Shown here: positions 28,016 through 40,153 of the stretch, one piece after another | Numbering within the stretch: position 1 is the first letter of the stretch | How the letters are laid out: each line of letters opens with the position of its first letter | Assembly: GCA_002269645.1 (NCBI GenBank) | Contig: NIVC01001508.1 | Span: 108,792-172,791 of the forward strand | DNA length: 64,000 nt | Direction of reading: 5' to 3' | From: Macrostomum lignano | Lineage: Eukaryota | Program-made: the position numbers and the translations under genes | The notes under the pieces: model-generated | Told to the model about the DNA's origin: nothing | The model's input: only the letters and a program-made list of their open reading frames with translations | Database searches by the model: none

Positions 28016-31000
28016 ATGCAGCAGCAAACTACGCCGGATGCCTATGCCTACAATGCTCAGCAGCAGCAGGTGCAGCAGCAGCAGCAGCAGCAGCAGCAGG
28101 TGCAGCAGCAGGCATTGCAGATGCCACCTGCACTGCAGTACTTGGCCTCTCTCGATCAGATTCTAATCAAGCAACAGAAGGAAATGATCGAAAGTGAGTT
28201 GATATGCGATAATTGGCAACAGGTGTGAACCCAGCCGCTATTAATGTGAACACTTGGTGAAAAAGCAAAAAAAATATTTTAGATCTTCTATCACAGACTA
28301 CAAAAAGCATTTAGCGAATGCCAGATACTAGAGGGGTTGTAGCCTAGTAGTCAGAGCGTCGGACTCACGACTTAAAAGTTGGGAGTTCGATTCCCGATCC
28401 CACTGGAACAATTTGTGTCCCTGAGTAAAGCACTTAACTCTGCACTGCTTCAGTTCACCCAGCTGTAAAATGGGTGCCAGCATTAGCTGGGGTAATTGAG
28501 GGTGTGTGTGGCGACCCCCCAGTCCTTTGACTGAACAGCCGTACGCAGCCTTCAAATGCGCCACGCAATAGCTGCGGCTGAGCTGTCAGTTGCACATTTG
28601 GCCCAATTAGGGCAGGTGTAATCAATAATAGTTATTATTATTTTTATACTAAATCATCCTGTTAATATTATATAAGTGAAACTATATGTCGTTAAAACTT
28701 AATATCATCAAACTGCAATTTCAACGAAAGTTCTTATCGGCTGGGAGACCGCCAACAAATATATCGTGCTCAACAATGTCGGTCAGCAGGTGTTCTTTGC
28801 CAAAGAGGGTGAGTTTATACAGATAACTAGATATGCAAGCCATCAGTCAGTTACATGTAAATATCTAATAGTCAGTCAGCCAATAGTCACACGACAAACC
28901 TCCCAGTCCAAACTTCATGTCCCAAAAATTATCAATTGAAGCTAGTGGGTTTGACCGCGGGAGTGCTGCCATATCAGATAAGTCGACATATCATTTGCAC
29001 TGACTGAAGTTACACGTTCTTACTTGTACTTTGACGTAGCTACACGGCGCGCATTCTGCAATTCCGGAATTGAACAAAAGTGTCAATGAGGTGCTGAAAG
29101 AATCTCCAACTTCACACACACAAAAGAATTATCAAGCATCAATCGTCAGTTCAAGCCTCACCCTCCCTCCAGATTCCAGCACCTGCGATCGTCAGTGCCT
29201 CGGCGCCCAGCGCCCGTTCGAGATGCTGGTGACTGACAACACAGGCCAGGAGGTGATCCACATCAGCCGGCCCTACAAGTGCATGTGCTACGGCCAGTGC
29301 TTCTCCTGCGCAAAATGCTGCCTGGACAAAGTCACCGTCGAGGCACCGCCAGGCAGAATGGTTGGTACGGTCACGCAGGTGTACGAAGGGTGCAGCGCGA
29401 ACTACACGATCCAGGATGCCCAGGGCAACACGGTGCTGCTGATCCGAGGGCCCAGCTACTGCGCATGCCACTGCCCTGGCGATGACATACCGTTCGCGGT
29501 TAGTGACTTTCTTTTCTGTAATGCGTACATGAACGAGTATCGCTGATAAACAATCGCGACCGATTAAAAATGCGAAAAGTTCAGTACTTTCGGCTGAGCT
29601 GGAACAGGATGTATTCTTAGAAATTTACCCAACCTGATTGACACCACCTTGACTAACGTGACGAAAGTATACATTGACAAAAGTACATTTCTACTTTTGC
29701 ACTATTTAACTACACAGCTAATGACTACGGACGGCAATAACGAGATCGGCAAGGTCTCTAGGCAGTGGTCGAACCTACTGCAGGAGTACTTCACGGATGC
29801 CGACAACTTTGGTATTACGTTCCCTATGGACCTGCATGTTGACATCAAGGCCACAATCAGTGTTGCTACAGGCATTTGAAAAAAAATAGACGCAGCCGAT
29901 AAAAAAAACGCAGGCAGTACTAAAAATTATAATGAAGCTCAGAACTACTCTATTGTACATTCATGCCTCTGCCCTGCCTACGTGGGTGTGCTCTGTGTTT
30001 TTGCATATGTACACGGCACCGTGTAAAGCAACAATTTTCTTAACAAATCCGAAGCCTGCTGTCCTTAATTTTTAGATGCGAACTGCTAGTACATTACATG
30101 TTAGATGCCAGTCAGTAGCTAATACAAGTATTAAGAAGCTGTTCTCGAGTTGCACAACTGCAGGCTGTACCCTTGTCTGTTGAGCAAATAATGATGAACG
30201 ACATCAAGGAGTTCGAGGAACAAATTTACATTGCACTATTAGTAGAATACAGAGAAATGATCTAGGCCCTGAAACATCCTAGCACTGTGCCCTGGACATA
30301 CAACTATACTGTATAAATGCACACAAGTGACTAGCAGCCCTAGGATGATTAACAACAAGATACATTAGCAACGAAACATGTTCTTATATCTAATGCATAA
30401 TAGAAAATCACGACGATGCTGAGCAATACGATAGTAAAAAGGCTGAGAGTACATCAGTACATTTTATTCCAAAATCAACACGGCTACCAGCCAACCAGCA
30501 GATGTCATAAATGGTCACATGCAAAAATTTATGTTTTTCCTCTTTAATCAGCAGCGGCCAGCGAGTGCACAAAAATTGGCCGATGGATATTGGCTAACAG
30601 ACAAACTAGGATACGCAACTTATCCTGCACTTATTGGGTTGTCCAGAAAGTTCTGTCCAATTTTTTCACATGGTCTAACTTCCTTATACTAAAACTTTCT
30701 TATCTATTATCCATTGTTGTTCATATTTGCCTATTAGCAATGCATGTTACTCACCTTTCTACCACCACCTGCATCTAACTGAAAGTTGCTTCTTTCCAGC
30801 AAAGAATGGCACATGATAAGGAGCACCTTTTGCACTGCTTGCTCTATCTATCTATTCCGCGCCATTGACCGGCATCTGCAAGGCAAGAGCTTCGACAACA
30901 AACTGGCCCTCATCTCGGAGATCGGCAACTTTTTCGACTCTCGGCCAGAGCAGTTCTACAGGGACGGCGTTGGTTCCCTGCCACACCACACCGCTGGCGA

Positions 31001-32623
31001 CAGGTGGTGGACCGTGGACACCGATGTCGCATACATTACCGACTGAAACCAGGTTATTCATGAAAAATAGTCGAACGAACATTTGTATAAAAAAATGGAC
31101 AGAACTTTCTAGACATTGGACAACCTATACATATAAGAGCGACAGTGAGTACGTATACGTGCAATATGTGTATCTCGATCGATGACCGATGCAAACATAC
31201 ATGGAAACAGCACGACAACAACAATGCAACAACTTGAAGAATAAATGTAAAAATTCATGTCATCTGTTACTCTTTCAGTTCTCACTGTCTCTACCCTCTC
31301 AGTCACTCAAAGAGCAAGATTGCGAGCATAGCTGTTCGTAATAAAATGCATGTAAAATAAAACTGATGCCTAGATCATACCTGGATGCATCTTTGTTGCA
31401 AACCCTGTATCCCCATATGCAGTGTTTGGCAAAGTTCATTTTTGGAAAAGTTCAATTCATTTTTAAAATGATATTGAAAGAATAGCAGAATGAGATCATT
31501 TTTAACTGTTTGGCAGTAGAATGAGGTAAAGAAATGGTTGTTACTCGAGCATGACTGACCAAGTAGGAAATGCCCTTGCATAAAGTTCAAAAGTTCGTTG
31601 TACGAAAGTTCCTTTTTCGTGAACTTGCCCAACACTGCCTATCTATTTATGTCTATGTAAGCCCAAAAATCATTGTTACCAAAAGTTACCGGCGTCACTT
31701 TTTGAAATAACTGGCGATGGTAGACTCGGTCGCCTTCTCCTCCAACTTTCTCTTTTTCTCTTTGAGGCCCTCAGTCTCCTTCTCCAGTGTCTTGCGCTCA
31801 ATCGCTAGGGCAGCTACCTGTCGCTGATATTCGTCAAGCATTGCGGCAGCTCTGTCCGCTTGCGCATCTACCTCCAGTCTCCTCTTCCGTATGCTCTCCT
31901 CCTTTGCCTGCAACTGTGCAGAGTGTGTTGCCTTCTTAATTTCCTGTGCAATTTCTACTGCCAACTCTCTCTCCTTTGCCAACTTCTTCTGCTTCTCCTC
32001 ATTCTCCTCCCGCTGCCGCTCCAGGTGCTGTAAACAGCTAGCAAGTAAAAACGCAGAATGAAAAAAAACGCAGAAAAAAACGCACGAACGCAGATTTTTC
32101 AAAGAAAAAACGCAGCTGCGTTAAAAACGCAGCCTGTAGCAACACTGGCCACAATTCTCGGAGCCTGCTTTCTCATCGTGAGTAGATTTTATCTTTAGTG
32201 GATAAATTTGCGCAAAAATTCTGGGTGTGTTGAGGTGGTGGGTGCAGTTAGTGGCGGGCGCAGTGGGTGGTGGGTGCAGTGGGGTGGTGGGTGCAGTGGG
32301 GTGGTGGGTGCAGTGGGGTGGTGGGTGCAGTGGGGTGGTGGGTGCGGTGAGGTGGTGGGTGCAGTGAGGGGGTGGGTGCAGTGGGGTGGTGGGTGCAGTG
32401 GGGTGGTGGGTGCAGTGGGGTGGTGGGTGCAGTGGGGTGGTGGGTGCAGTGGGGTGGTGGGTGCGGTGAGGTGGTGGATGCAGTGGAGTGGTGGGCGCAT
32501 TCATGCGGATGTTGCGTCTAATATTTTCATTTGAATTAAAAAAACTCCCGCACACACTATGGTCAACCCCCGTTTCAATTTCAGGACTTCATGTACTTTG
32601 AGAGGTCGGGAAATGAGCACTAA
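28016..32623 (+). CDS. PLSCR: Phospholipid scramblase family gene, interrupted by a TIR insertion. Exons 28016-28193, 28731-28808, 29173-29498, 29718-29857 plus 32156-32177, and 32585-32623
   Basis: Spliced translation gives PPALQYLASLDQILIKQ..GWETANKY..FFAKE..RQCLGAQRPF..RPYKC..IGKVSRQW..FTDADNFGITFPMDL..KATILGACFLIDFMYFE. Poly-Q N-terminus. Confidence 0.92.
28333..28641 (+). mobile_element. tRNA-derived SINE with a CORE-like domain, in scramblase intron 1
   Basis: A box (TAGCCTAGTAG), B box (GTTCGATTCC), then TGTGTCCCTGAGTAAAGCACTTAACTC...CAGTTCACCCAGCTGTAAAATGGG resembling the MIR/CORE consensus, and an (ATT)n tail. Confidence 0.75.
29858..32147 (-). mobile_element. Non-autonomous hAT-type TIR element, 2290 bp, with an 8-bp TSD
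   Basis: GCCACAAT|CAGTGTTGCTACAGGC ... GCCTGTAGCAACACTG|GCCACAAT: perfect 16-bp TIR. A-rich subterminal AAAAACGCAG repeats. Residual coiled-coil ORF at 31695-32102 (-). Removing the element and one TSD restores KATILGACFLI. Confidence 0.9.
30634..31127 (+). mobile_element. Internally deleted mariner element nested in the hAT-type element
   Basis: TA|TTGGGTTGTCCAGAAAGTTCTGTCCA ... TGGACAGAACTTTCT(agacat)TGGACAACCTA|TA. Mariner-like N-terminus (MAHDKEHLLHCLLY) is fused to a C-terminus (YLFRAIDRHLQGKSF...FFDSRPEQFYRDGVGSLP). Confidence 0.85.
32262..32490. repeat. 16-bp G-rich minisatellite (GGTGGTGGGTGCAGTG) in the last scramblase intron
   Basis: Read directly. Confidence 0.95.
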
Positions 32624-32893
32624 AAACTGAATTCCAATTGCTGACAAAATAATTGACAAGAATCTAAAAGAACAATAAAAACATTTAGCACCTTTCTAAC
32701 CATGTCTTATTCAGTGGTAGTAAAAGTTATTTTCTCTAAATACTCCTTTTAATACCACGCAATTCCTTAAATACCAAAATACCAAGAAAAGTAAATTCCA
32801 TATTTATTAATAGATTATTAGCCAGATAGAACAATGCAGTTTATTGTATATTTCAAACTTATTAAATCAACAATAAGAAGACAATGTCACAGG

Positions 32894-35319
32894 TTAAAAG
32901 CTGTGACTCCACAGGCACAGCAGGTGATCATAGAATGAGCAGGTGGCCACAAGCTGCCTGTCAGACTCGGAGAAGCTGCCGACCCAGTCAGCGCCGTAGG
33001 CTATGCTGCTGTGAGGACTGTTGAACTCTTCGAGAAGCTGCAGTCCAGTTGCTAAATAGGAAAATATGAGGATCGTAAATCAATCAACAATTTGCATCAA
33101 ACCCTTAAAATAATTGAAGCAAGAAATTCTCATCAATTAAAATTCTTAGAAAGAAGAGAATTCCACTGCAGTTCCTTTGCTTATGTACGAGCGTACTGCC
33201 AGTGCATGCGATAAACAGACTGCAGCTATTGTGTTTTATATAATCAAATGTTATTTATAAAATAAAATAAATCTTGCAGCTTGTTCGAATATCATTAACA
33301 TCTGTGTTGTTCTTTTGCCTTCCGCTACGCACTTTTTCTTTATAGTTTGCTAAGTTTCACCGAAGGTACTGGCGCCCCTTGGTGCCGGCGCCGCTTGGTG
33401 CTGGCGCCGCTTGGTGCTGGCGCCGCTTGGTGCTTGCGCCGCTTGGTGCTTGCGCCTCTTGGTGCTGGCGCCCCTTGGTGCTGGCGCCTCTTGGTGCTTG
33501 CGCCCCTTGGTGCTGGCGCCTCTTGGTGCTGGCGCCCCTTGGTGCTTGCGCCCCTTGGTGCTGGCGCCCCTTGGTGCTGGCGCCCCTTGGTGCTGGCGCC
33601 CCTTGGTGCTGGCGCCCCTTGGTGCTGGCGCCCCTTGGTGCTGGCGCCCCTTGGTGCTGGCGCCCCTTGGTGCTGGCGCCCCTTGGTGCTGGCGCCCCTT
33701 GGTGCTGGCGCCCCTTGGTACTGGCGCCTCTTGTTGCTGGCGCCCCTAACCAAAACCTAATTCCTGAACCCTAACCTAAACCTAATTCCTGAACCCTAAC
33801 CTAAACCTAATTCCTGAACCCTAACCTAAACCTAATTCCTGAACCCTAACCTAAACCTAATTCCTGAACCCTAACCTAAACCTAATTCCTGAACCCTAAC
33901 CTAAACCATAATATATACCCTTAGATAAACCCTAACTTCAACTCTAACCTACCCTTTAAATCCTAAGCTAAACCATACACTGTAATTCTTAACCCAAACT
34001 TAACTGTTGGCAGTCCAATTGTCACGGGCTCAATCTAGACCAATCGGAAAGAGAACCTCACTACTTGTTAATACGAGTAGTGAGAATCAAGCGAGAATCT
34101 CAAACATAAAAATATCTTAGGAACGAGAGTCTCAGCCCAGTCTGTTCTCACGCTGCGATGAAGAAAGCCCTGCACTCACCGACGAGAAGGCCAGTACTTT
34201 GAACCCGTTGTACATGGCCGCGCACAGCAGCCTCTGGCAGCAGGCCGACCATTTCAAACGCCAGACGCCGCCGCCAACGCTCAGCGAATGAACTGGACGG
34301 CCGAGGGCTCGGGTGTCCCACACGCGGACTGACTCATCGTAGCTGGGCGATCACGGTAGGACGGGTAGATTAGAGATTGAAGGTGAGACTAGATATCGAA
34401 ATTAAGACTAGAAACTGAGGGAGGGTGAGAGTAGAGATTGAGGGAGGGTGAGAGTAGAGATTGAGGGAGGGTGAGAGTAGAGATTGAGGGAGGGTGAGAC
34501 TAGATATTGAGGGAGGGCGAGACTAGAGATTGAGGAAGAATGAGACTAGAGATTGATGGAGGGTGGGACTAGAGATTGATGGAGGGTGAGACTAGATATT
34601 GAAGGAAGGTGGGACTAATATTGAGAGAAAATGAGACTACATATTGAGGCAGGGTGAGACTAGATATTGATGGAGGCTGAGACTAGAGATTGGGGAGGGT
34701 GAGACTAGAGATTGAAGCACAGAGTCGTTAGACTAGATACTGAGACAGGGTGTTACTATATACATGGAGGTGAATTGCGACTATGATTGAGCTGCTAAGA
34801 CTAGATATGGGATGAGATTTTCAGTTTAGAGAATCGGCTGATGGATGGAGAAAATAAGACTAAAAAAAGTCAAAACAAAAGCCTGCAGAAGAGAAGACAA
34901 ACCGTTTTACCTGCCAGACAGGAATAGATAAGGCACGGTTGGATGCTCCACTATCATGGTCACACCAGCGTCGTGTCTGCGTGGGTTTTTTTCATAGCAA
35001 CATTCATCGTGAGCGAGTTTTTCATAGCATAAATGGACAGGCATTCAACGACACACAGAAGCAGGCACCCCACCTGAGGCTGCGACTGCAGGCGCCCGCC
35101 GAACGCCGGTCCCACAGCTTCAGCCGGCAGTCGTCGCCGCCGCTCAGAGCCGCCTGGCTGGACCAGCGGCTGGGCTGGCAGACCCAGGCCTCCAGGTCGT
35201 GGGCGAGCCAGGAGCTGCTGGTTGCGGATGCCTCCTGATGCTCGGGATGTTCTAGGAGTGCGCAGTGACCCGTTGAGTAGCTGGCTGCCACTCTGGGGAT
35301 AGATAGATAGATAGATAGG

Positions 35320-35379
<60 letters not shown>

Positions 35380-35380
35380 C

Positions 35381-35450
<70 letters not shown>

Positions 35451-35846
35451 ATGGATAGATAGATAGATAGATAGTAGATAGCGAGAAAGAGCGAGCGAAG
35501 CGAGCTCTTTCGAGCTTGCTTGCCGCAGCCAATCAAGCTGAAAGCACGCACACAAGATCACCGGAAACGATTAAGGCAGCTGGAAAGCCAATGGGCGCGG
35601 TAAGCGCTTTTATCCAGAGGAACTACCTGCTGGAACCAGCCATGCCGAACGAAAATCAGACTACTCAAGTAGTGCAAAAGAGTACGTGCAACTACCGAGA
35701 AATCTAATTTTCGTAACCGCTCCGGTGCAGGTCCTGGCTATAGATAGTAGATAGCTTGCTTGCCGCAGCCAATCAAGCTGAAAGCACGCACACAAGATCA
35801 CCGGAAACGATTAAGGCAGCTGGAAAGCCAATGGGCGCGGTAAGCG

Positions 35847-35922
<76 letters not shown>

Positions 35923-35923
35923 T

Positions 35924-35956
<33 letters not shown>

Positions 35957-35977
35957 CAGAGACAGACAGACAGACAC

Positions 35978-36020
<43 letters not shown>

Positions 36021-36021
36021 C

Positions 36022-36076
<55 letters not shown>

Positions 36077-36077
36077 C

Positions 36078-36116
<39 letters not shown>

Positions 36117-39038
36117 TAAGCGCCAGTGCAAAGCCGCACACCTGTCCTCAAAGCAGTTAACAGACAGGGCGATGCAGTGCCCAGAACAGCCGTCCCCATG
36201 CGGAGCCCCGGCAGCAGCTGCGGGAGGCGGCACGGAGGCGGTCACGGTGAGGTCCTGCAGCCCCACGCTGTACATGGCCAGGCTGCCATCAGCGTTGGCA
36301 GTCCACAGGCGCGGTGAGTCTCCTGTGGCATCCCCGGCCCAGCTGAGGTCCAGCACGCCGCCGAAGGCGCTGTCGCGGCTGTACATCATTACGGCGGAGG
36401 TGGCACCAGAGGCGGCTTCGTCTTTGATCTCCAGCAGGTGCAGCCTGCCAATCCGCTTGCGGGACTTCGGTTTGTGAATAAGTGAGTCAAGATTAGGGGA
36501 GAATAAAAGCTTCCATTTTCAGCATCAAATATTATACCAAACTAAAAACAAATCCACGAGTCAAAAAATCTAATCTACCGTTACAAAAATCAAACCTACA
36601 ATCTTAAGAATCAGATTTACCATGTCAAGAATCGAATCTACCAAGTTAAGAAACAAATCTACCCTTAAAAAAGCAAATCTAACATGTCAAGAATCAAATC
36701 TACTATTTCAAAAATCAAATCTACCATTTCAAAATCAAATCTACCATTACAAAAAGCAAATCTACGATTTAAAAAATCACATCTACCAAGTTAAGAATCA
36801 AATCTAATATTTCAAAACTCAAATCTACCATGTCAAGAATCAAATCTAATATTTCAAAACTCAAATCTACCATGTCAAGAATCAAATCTAATATTTCAAA
36901 ACTCAAATCTACCATGTCAAGAATCAAATCTAATATTTCAAAACTCAAATCTACCATGTCAAGAATCAAATCTAATATTTCAAAACTCAAATCTACCATG
37001 TCAAGAATCAAATCTAATATTTCAAAACTCAAATCTACCATGTCAAGAATCAAATATAATATTTCAAAAATCAAATCTACCATTTTAAAAATCAAATCTA
37101 CACAATGTCAAGAATCAAATCTACCATTTCAAGGGTTTAATCTACCATCTCAAGTATCAAATCTACCACTATCAGTATCAAATCTACCACTATCAGTATC
37201 AAATCTACCACTATCAGTATCAAATCTACCACTATAGGTATCAAATCTACTACTATCAGTATCAAATCTACTACTATCAGTATCAAATCTACTACTATCA
37301 GTATCAAATCTACCACTATCAGTATCAAATCTACCACTATCAGTATCAAATTTACCACTATCAGTATCAAATCTACCACTATCAGTATCAAATCTACTAC
37401 TATCAGTATCAAATCTACCACTATCAGTATCAAATCTACTACTATCAGTATCAAATCTACCACTATCAGTATCAAATCTACCACTATCAGTATCAAATCT
37501 ACTACTATCAGTATCAAATCTACCACTATCAGTATCAAATCTACCACTATCAGTATCAAATCTACCACTTTCAGTATCAAATCTACCATCTAAAGTATCA
37601 AATCTAGCACTATCAGTATCAAATCTACCACTATCAGTATCAAATCTACCACTATCAGTATCAAATCTACCACTATCAGTATCAAATCTACCACTATCAG
37701 TATCAAATCTACCACTATAAGTATCAAATCTACCATCTAAAGTATCAAATCTACTACTATCAGTATCAAATCTAGAACTATCAGTATCAAATCTACTACT
37801 ATCAGTATCAAATCTACTACTATCAGTATCAAATCTACTACTATCAGTATCAAATTTACCACTATCAGTATCAAATCTACCACTATCAGTATCAAATCTA
37901 CTACTATCAGTATCAAATCTACCACTATCAGTATCAAATCTACCACTATCAGTATCAAATCTACCACTATCAGTATCAAATTTACCACTATCAGTATCAA
38001 ATCTAGAACTATCAGTATCAAATCTACTACTATCAGTATCAAATTTACCACTATCAGTATCAAATCTACCACTATCAGTATCAAATCTACTACTATCAGT
38101 ATCAAATCTACCACTATCAGTATCAAATCTACCACTATCAGTATCAAATTTACCACTATCAGTATCAAATCTACCACTATCAGTATCAAATCTACCACTA
38201 TCAGTATCAAATCTACCACTATCAGTATCAAATCTACTACTATCAGTATCAAATCTACCACTATCAGTATCAAATCTACCACTATCAGTATCAAATCTAC
38301 CACTATCAGTATCAAATCTACCACTATCAGTATCAAATCTACCACTATCAGTATCAAATTTACCACTATCAGTATCAAATCTAGAACTATCAGTATCAAA
38401 TCTACTACTATCAGTATCAAATTTACCACTATCAGTATCAAATCTACCACTATCAGTATCAAATCTACTACTATCAGTATCAAATCTACCACTATCAGTA
38501 TCAAATCTACCACTATCAGTATCAAATCTACCACTATCAGTATCAAATCTACTACTATCAGTATCAAATCTACCACTATCAGTATCAAATCTACCACTAT
38601 CAGTATCAAATCTACTACTATCAGTATCAAATCTACCACTATCAGTATCAAATCTACCACTATCAGTATCAAATCTACCACTATCAGTATCAAATCTACC
38701 ACTATCAGTATCAAATCTACCACTATCAGTATCAAATCTACCACTATCAGTATCAAATCTACCACTATCAGTATCAAATCTACTACTATCAGTATCAAAT
38801 CTACCACTATCAGTATCAAATCTACCACTATCAGTATCAAATCTACCACTATCAGTATCAAATTTACCACTATCAGTATCAAATCTACAATCGTGAAGAT
38901 GAAAGCGCAGCTCCCTACCGGTTCATCGTACCGATAGCATCCGCAGGCCAAAAACCTCGGCGTCTGACTTCCGACACTCGCTGGGCAGAACTCTGCACTA
39001 TCGGCCTCCAGGCCTGTGTCGAATTTGTCAATGAGTCG
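32894..39038 (-). CDS. DPH7: Diphthine methylesterase (WD40), spliced; start exon not found. Exons about 39038-38919, 36464-36142, 35292-35074, 34976-34911, 34342-34180, 33037-32894
   Basis: [113 protein letters not shown] junctions keep the frame. Confidence 0.9.
33366..33745. repeat. 16-bp minisatellite (GGCGCCCCTTGGTGCT), about 23 copies
   Basis: Read directly. Confidence 0.95.
33751..33905. repeat. 25-bp repeat x6 with telomere-like CCCTAA/CCTAA words
   Basis: Unit CCTAACCTAAACCTAATTCCTGAAC. Confidence 0.9.
34365..34800. repeat. ~23-bp purine-rich minisatellite (GAGGGAGGGTGAGAGTAGAGATT)
   Basis: Read directly; lies in a DPH7 intron. Confidence 0.9.
35298..36115. repeat. (GATA)n block at 35298-35480 and compound (GATA)n(GACA)n block at 35847-36115, with a duplicated ~90-bp unique segment between them
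   Basis: Read directly; duplicated segment at 35513-35606 and 35753-35846. Confidence 0.95.
36560..38890. repeat. 21-bp satellite family: degenerate monomers, then a 42-bp dimer, then about 80 homogeneous TATCAGTATCAAATCTACCAC monomers
   Basis: CAAATCTAAT recurs at 36841 and 36883 (42-bp period). Homogeneous array from about 37150 to 38885. Confidence 0.95.
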
Positions 39039-39594
39039 CTGAGAATGAGCACAGTAAATCTTTATTTAGACAATGCAGAGCTCAACAATATTCTCTTATA
39101 GTTGATCTTCTCTTAAAACCGTAAAAAATAACTAAGGCAAAAAACATTGACACAACATTTAAAACTCAAAATTGTCGGTAAGTCAAAACTTTTAATGTTT
39201 ATAATTAGCTTTTTAAATTACTACTAACTAAATTTACTCCGCCCTGTTGCAAACTACTCTACTTACAAGTAGTAGCTCGTAGTGTAAAACAGATATTAAA
39301 AAATCTTAATCGATGATCAAAACGCAGATTCTCTTATTAAAAATGCTGAAAAAGAAATGCAGTCAGACTGGAAACGCGAGTTAGTGTTATGTAGAAAGAG
39401 TATTAATGCGCAAGCGAGGCTATTATAAAGTGCACAGGTTAAAACTGGTAAATAAAAACTTGGAGTACATTTCAGTTGTAAACTTATAGACTCTGAAACG
39501 TTTATAAAAATAATAATATTACAACTTCATATTTTGCGATAAGATGTGATTACATATATTCAGGTATTTGACTGTGCTCAAAGAGATTCTAAAA

Positions 39595-39860
39595 GCGATT
39601 CTCAAGGTGAGTTAGGGGCGATTCTCAAGGTGAGTTAGGGGCGATTCTCAAGGTAAGTTAGGGCGATTTTAAAGATGATTTCGGGCGATTCTAGACGTGC
39701 TTGGGGGCGATTCTAGAGGTGAGTTTGGGCGATTCTAGAGGTGAGTTTGGGCGATTCTAGAGGTGAGTTGGGGCGATTCTGGAGGTGAGTTGGGGCGATT
39801 CTAGAGGTGAGTTGGGGGCGATTCTAGAGGTGAGTTGGGATGCGATTCTAGAGGCTCGTT
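39595..39860. repeat. ~21-bp minisatellite (GGGGCGATTCTAGAGGTGAGTT)
   Basis: Read directly. Confidence 0.9.
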
Positions 39861-40153
39861 GTGGCGAATTTTAAAAACAATGTCTGGTCGCATTATCTAC
39901 TGCATTTATAGATGATTTTGGACGCGACTTTTAGAGAATTTAATTTGATGACGAGAATTCCAAGATCAGATAGATCTGAAAGGTGATTATACAAGTAACA
40001 AATATTTTATAAAAGATTCAAAAAGCGTTTTAAATAGGAAAATGCTGAAAAAATTGTTTAAAATAAAACAAATGCAGCTCTGGGAGATTTGCGATAAAAA
40101 TATTAAAAAATTGCAAAAGCTTGGCACAAAACTTCGCGCCAAAAGTCGCAAGA

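Noticed and set aside
28333-28410. tRNA gene
   Set aside because: It has A and B boxes but no clean acceptor stem and runs into a SINE body; called as a SINE instead.
32121-36141. Repetitive ORFs (PPHCTHH, GAPAPRG, SIYL, SVCL)
   Set aside because: Mini- and microsatellite translations within introns.
36769-38951. 404-aa (VVDLILI)n ORF and neighbouring repetitive ORFs
   Set aside because: Frame-preserving 21-bp satellite inside a DPH7 intron; no coding evidence.
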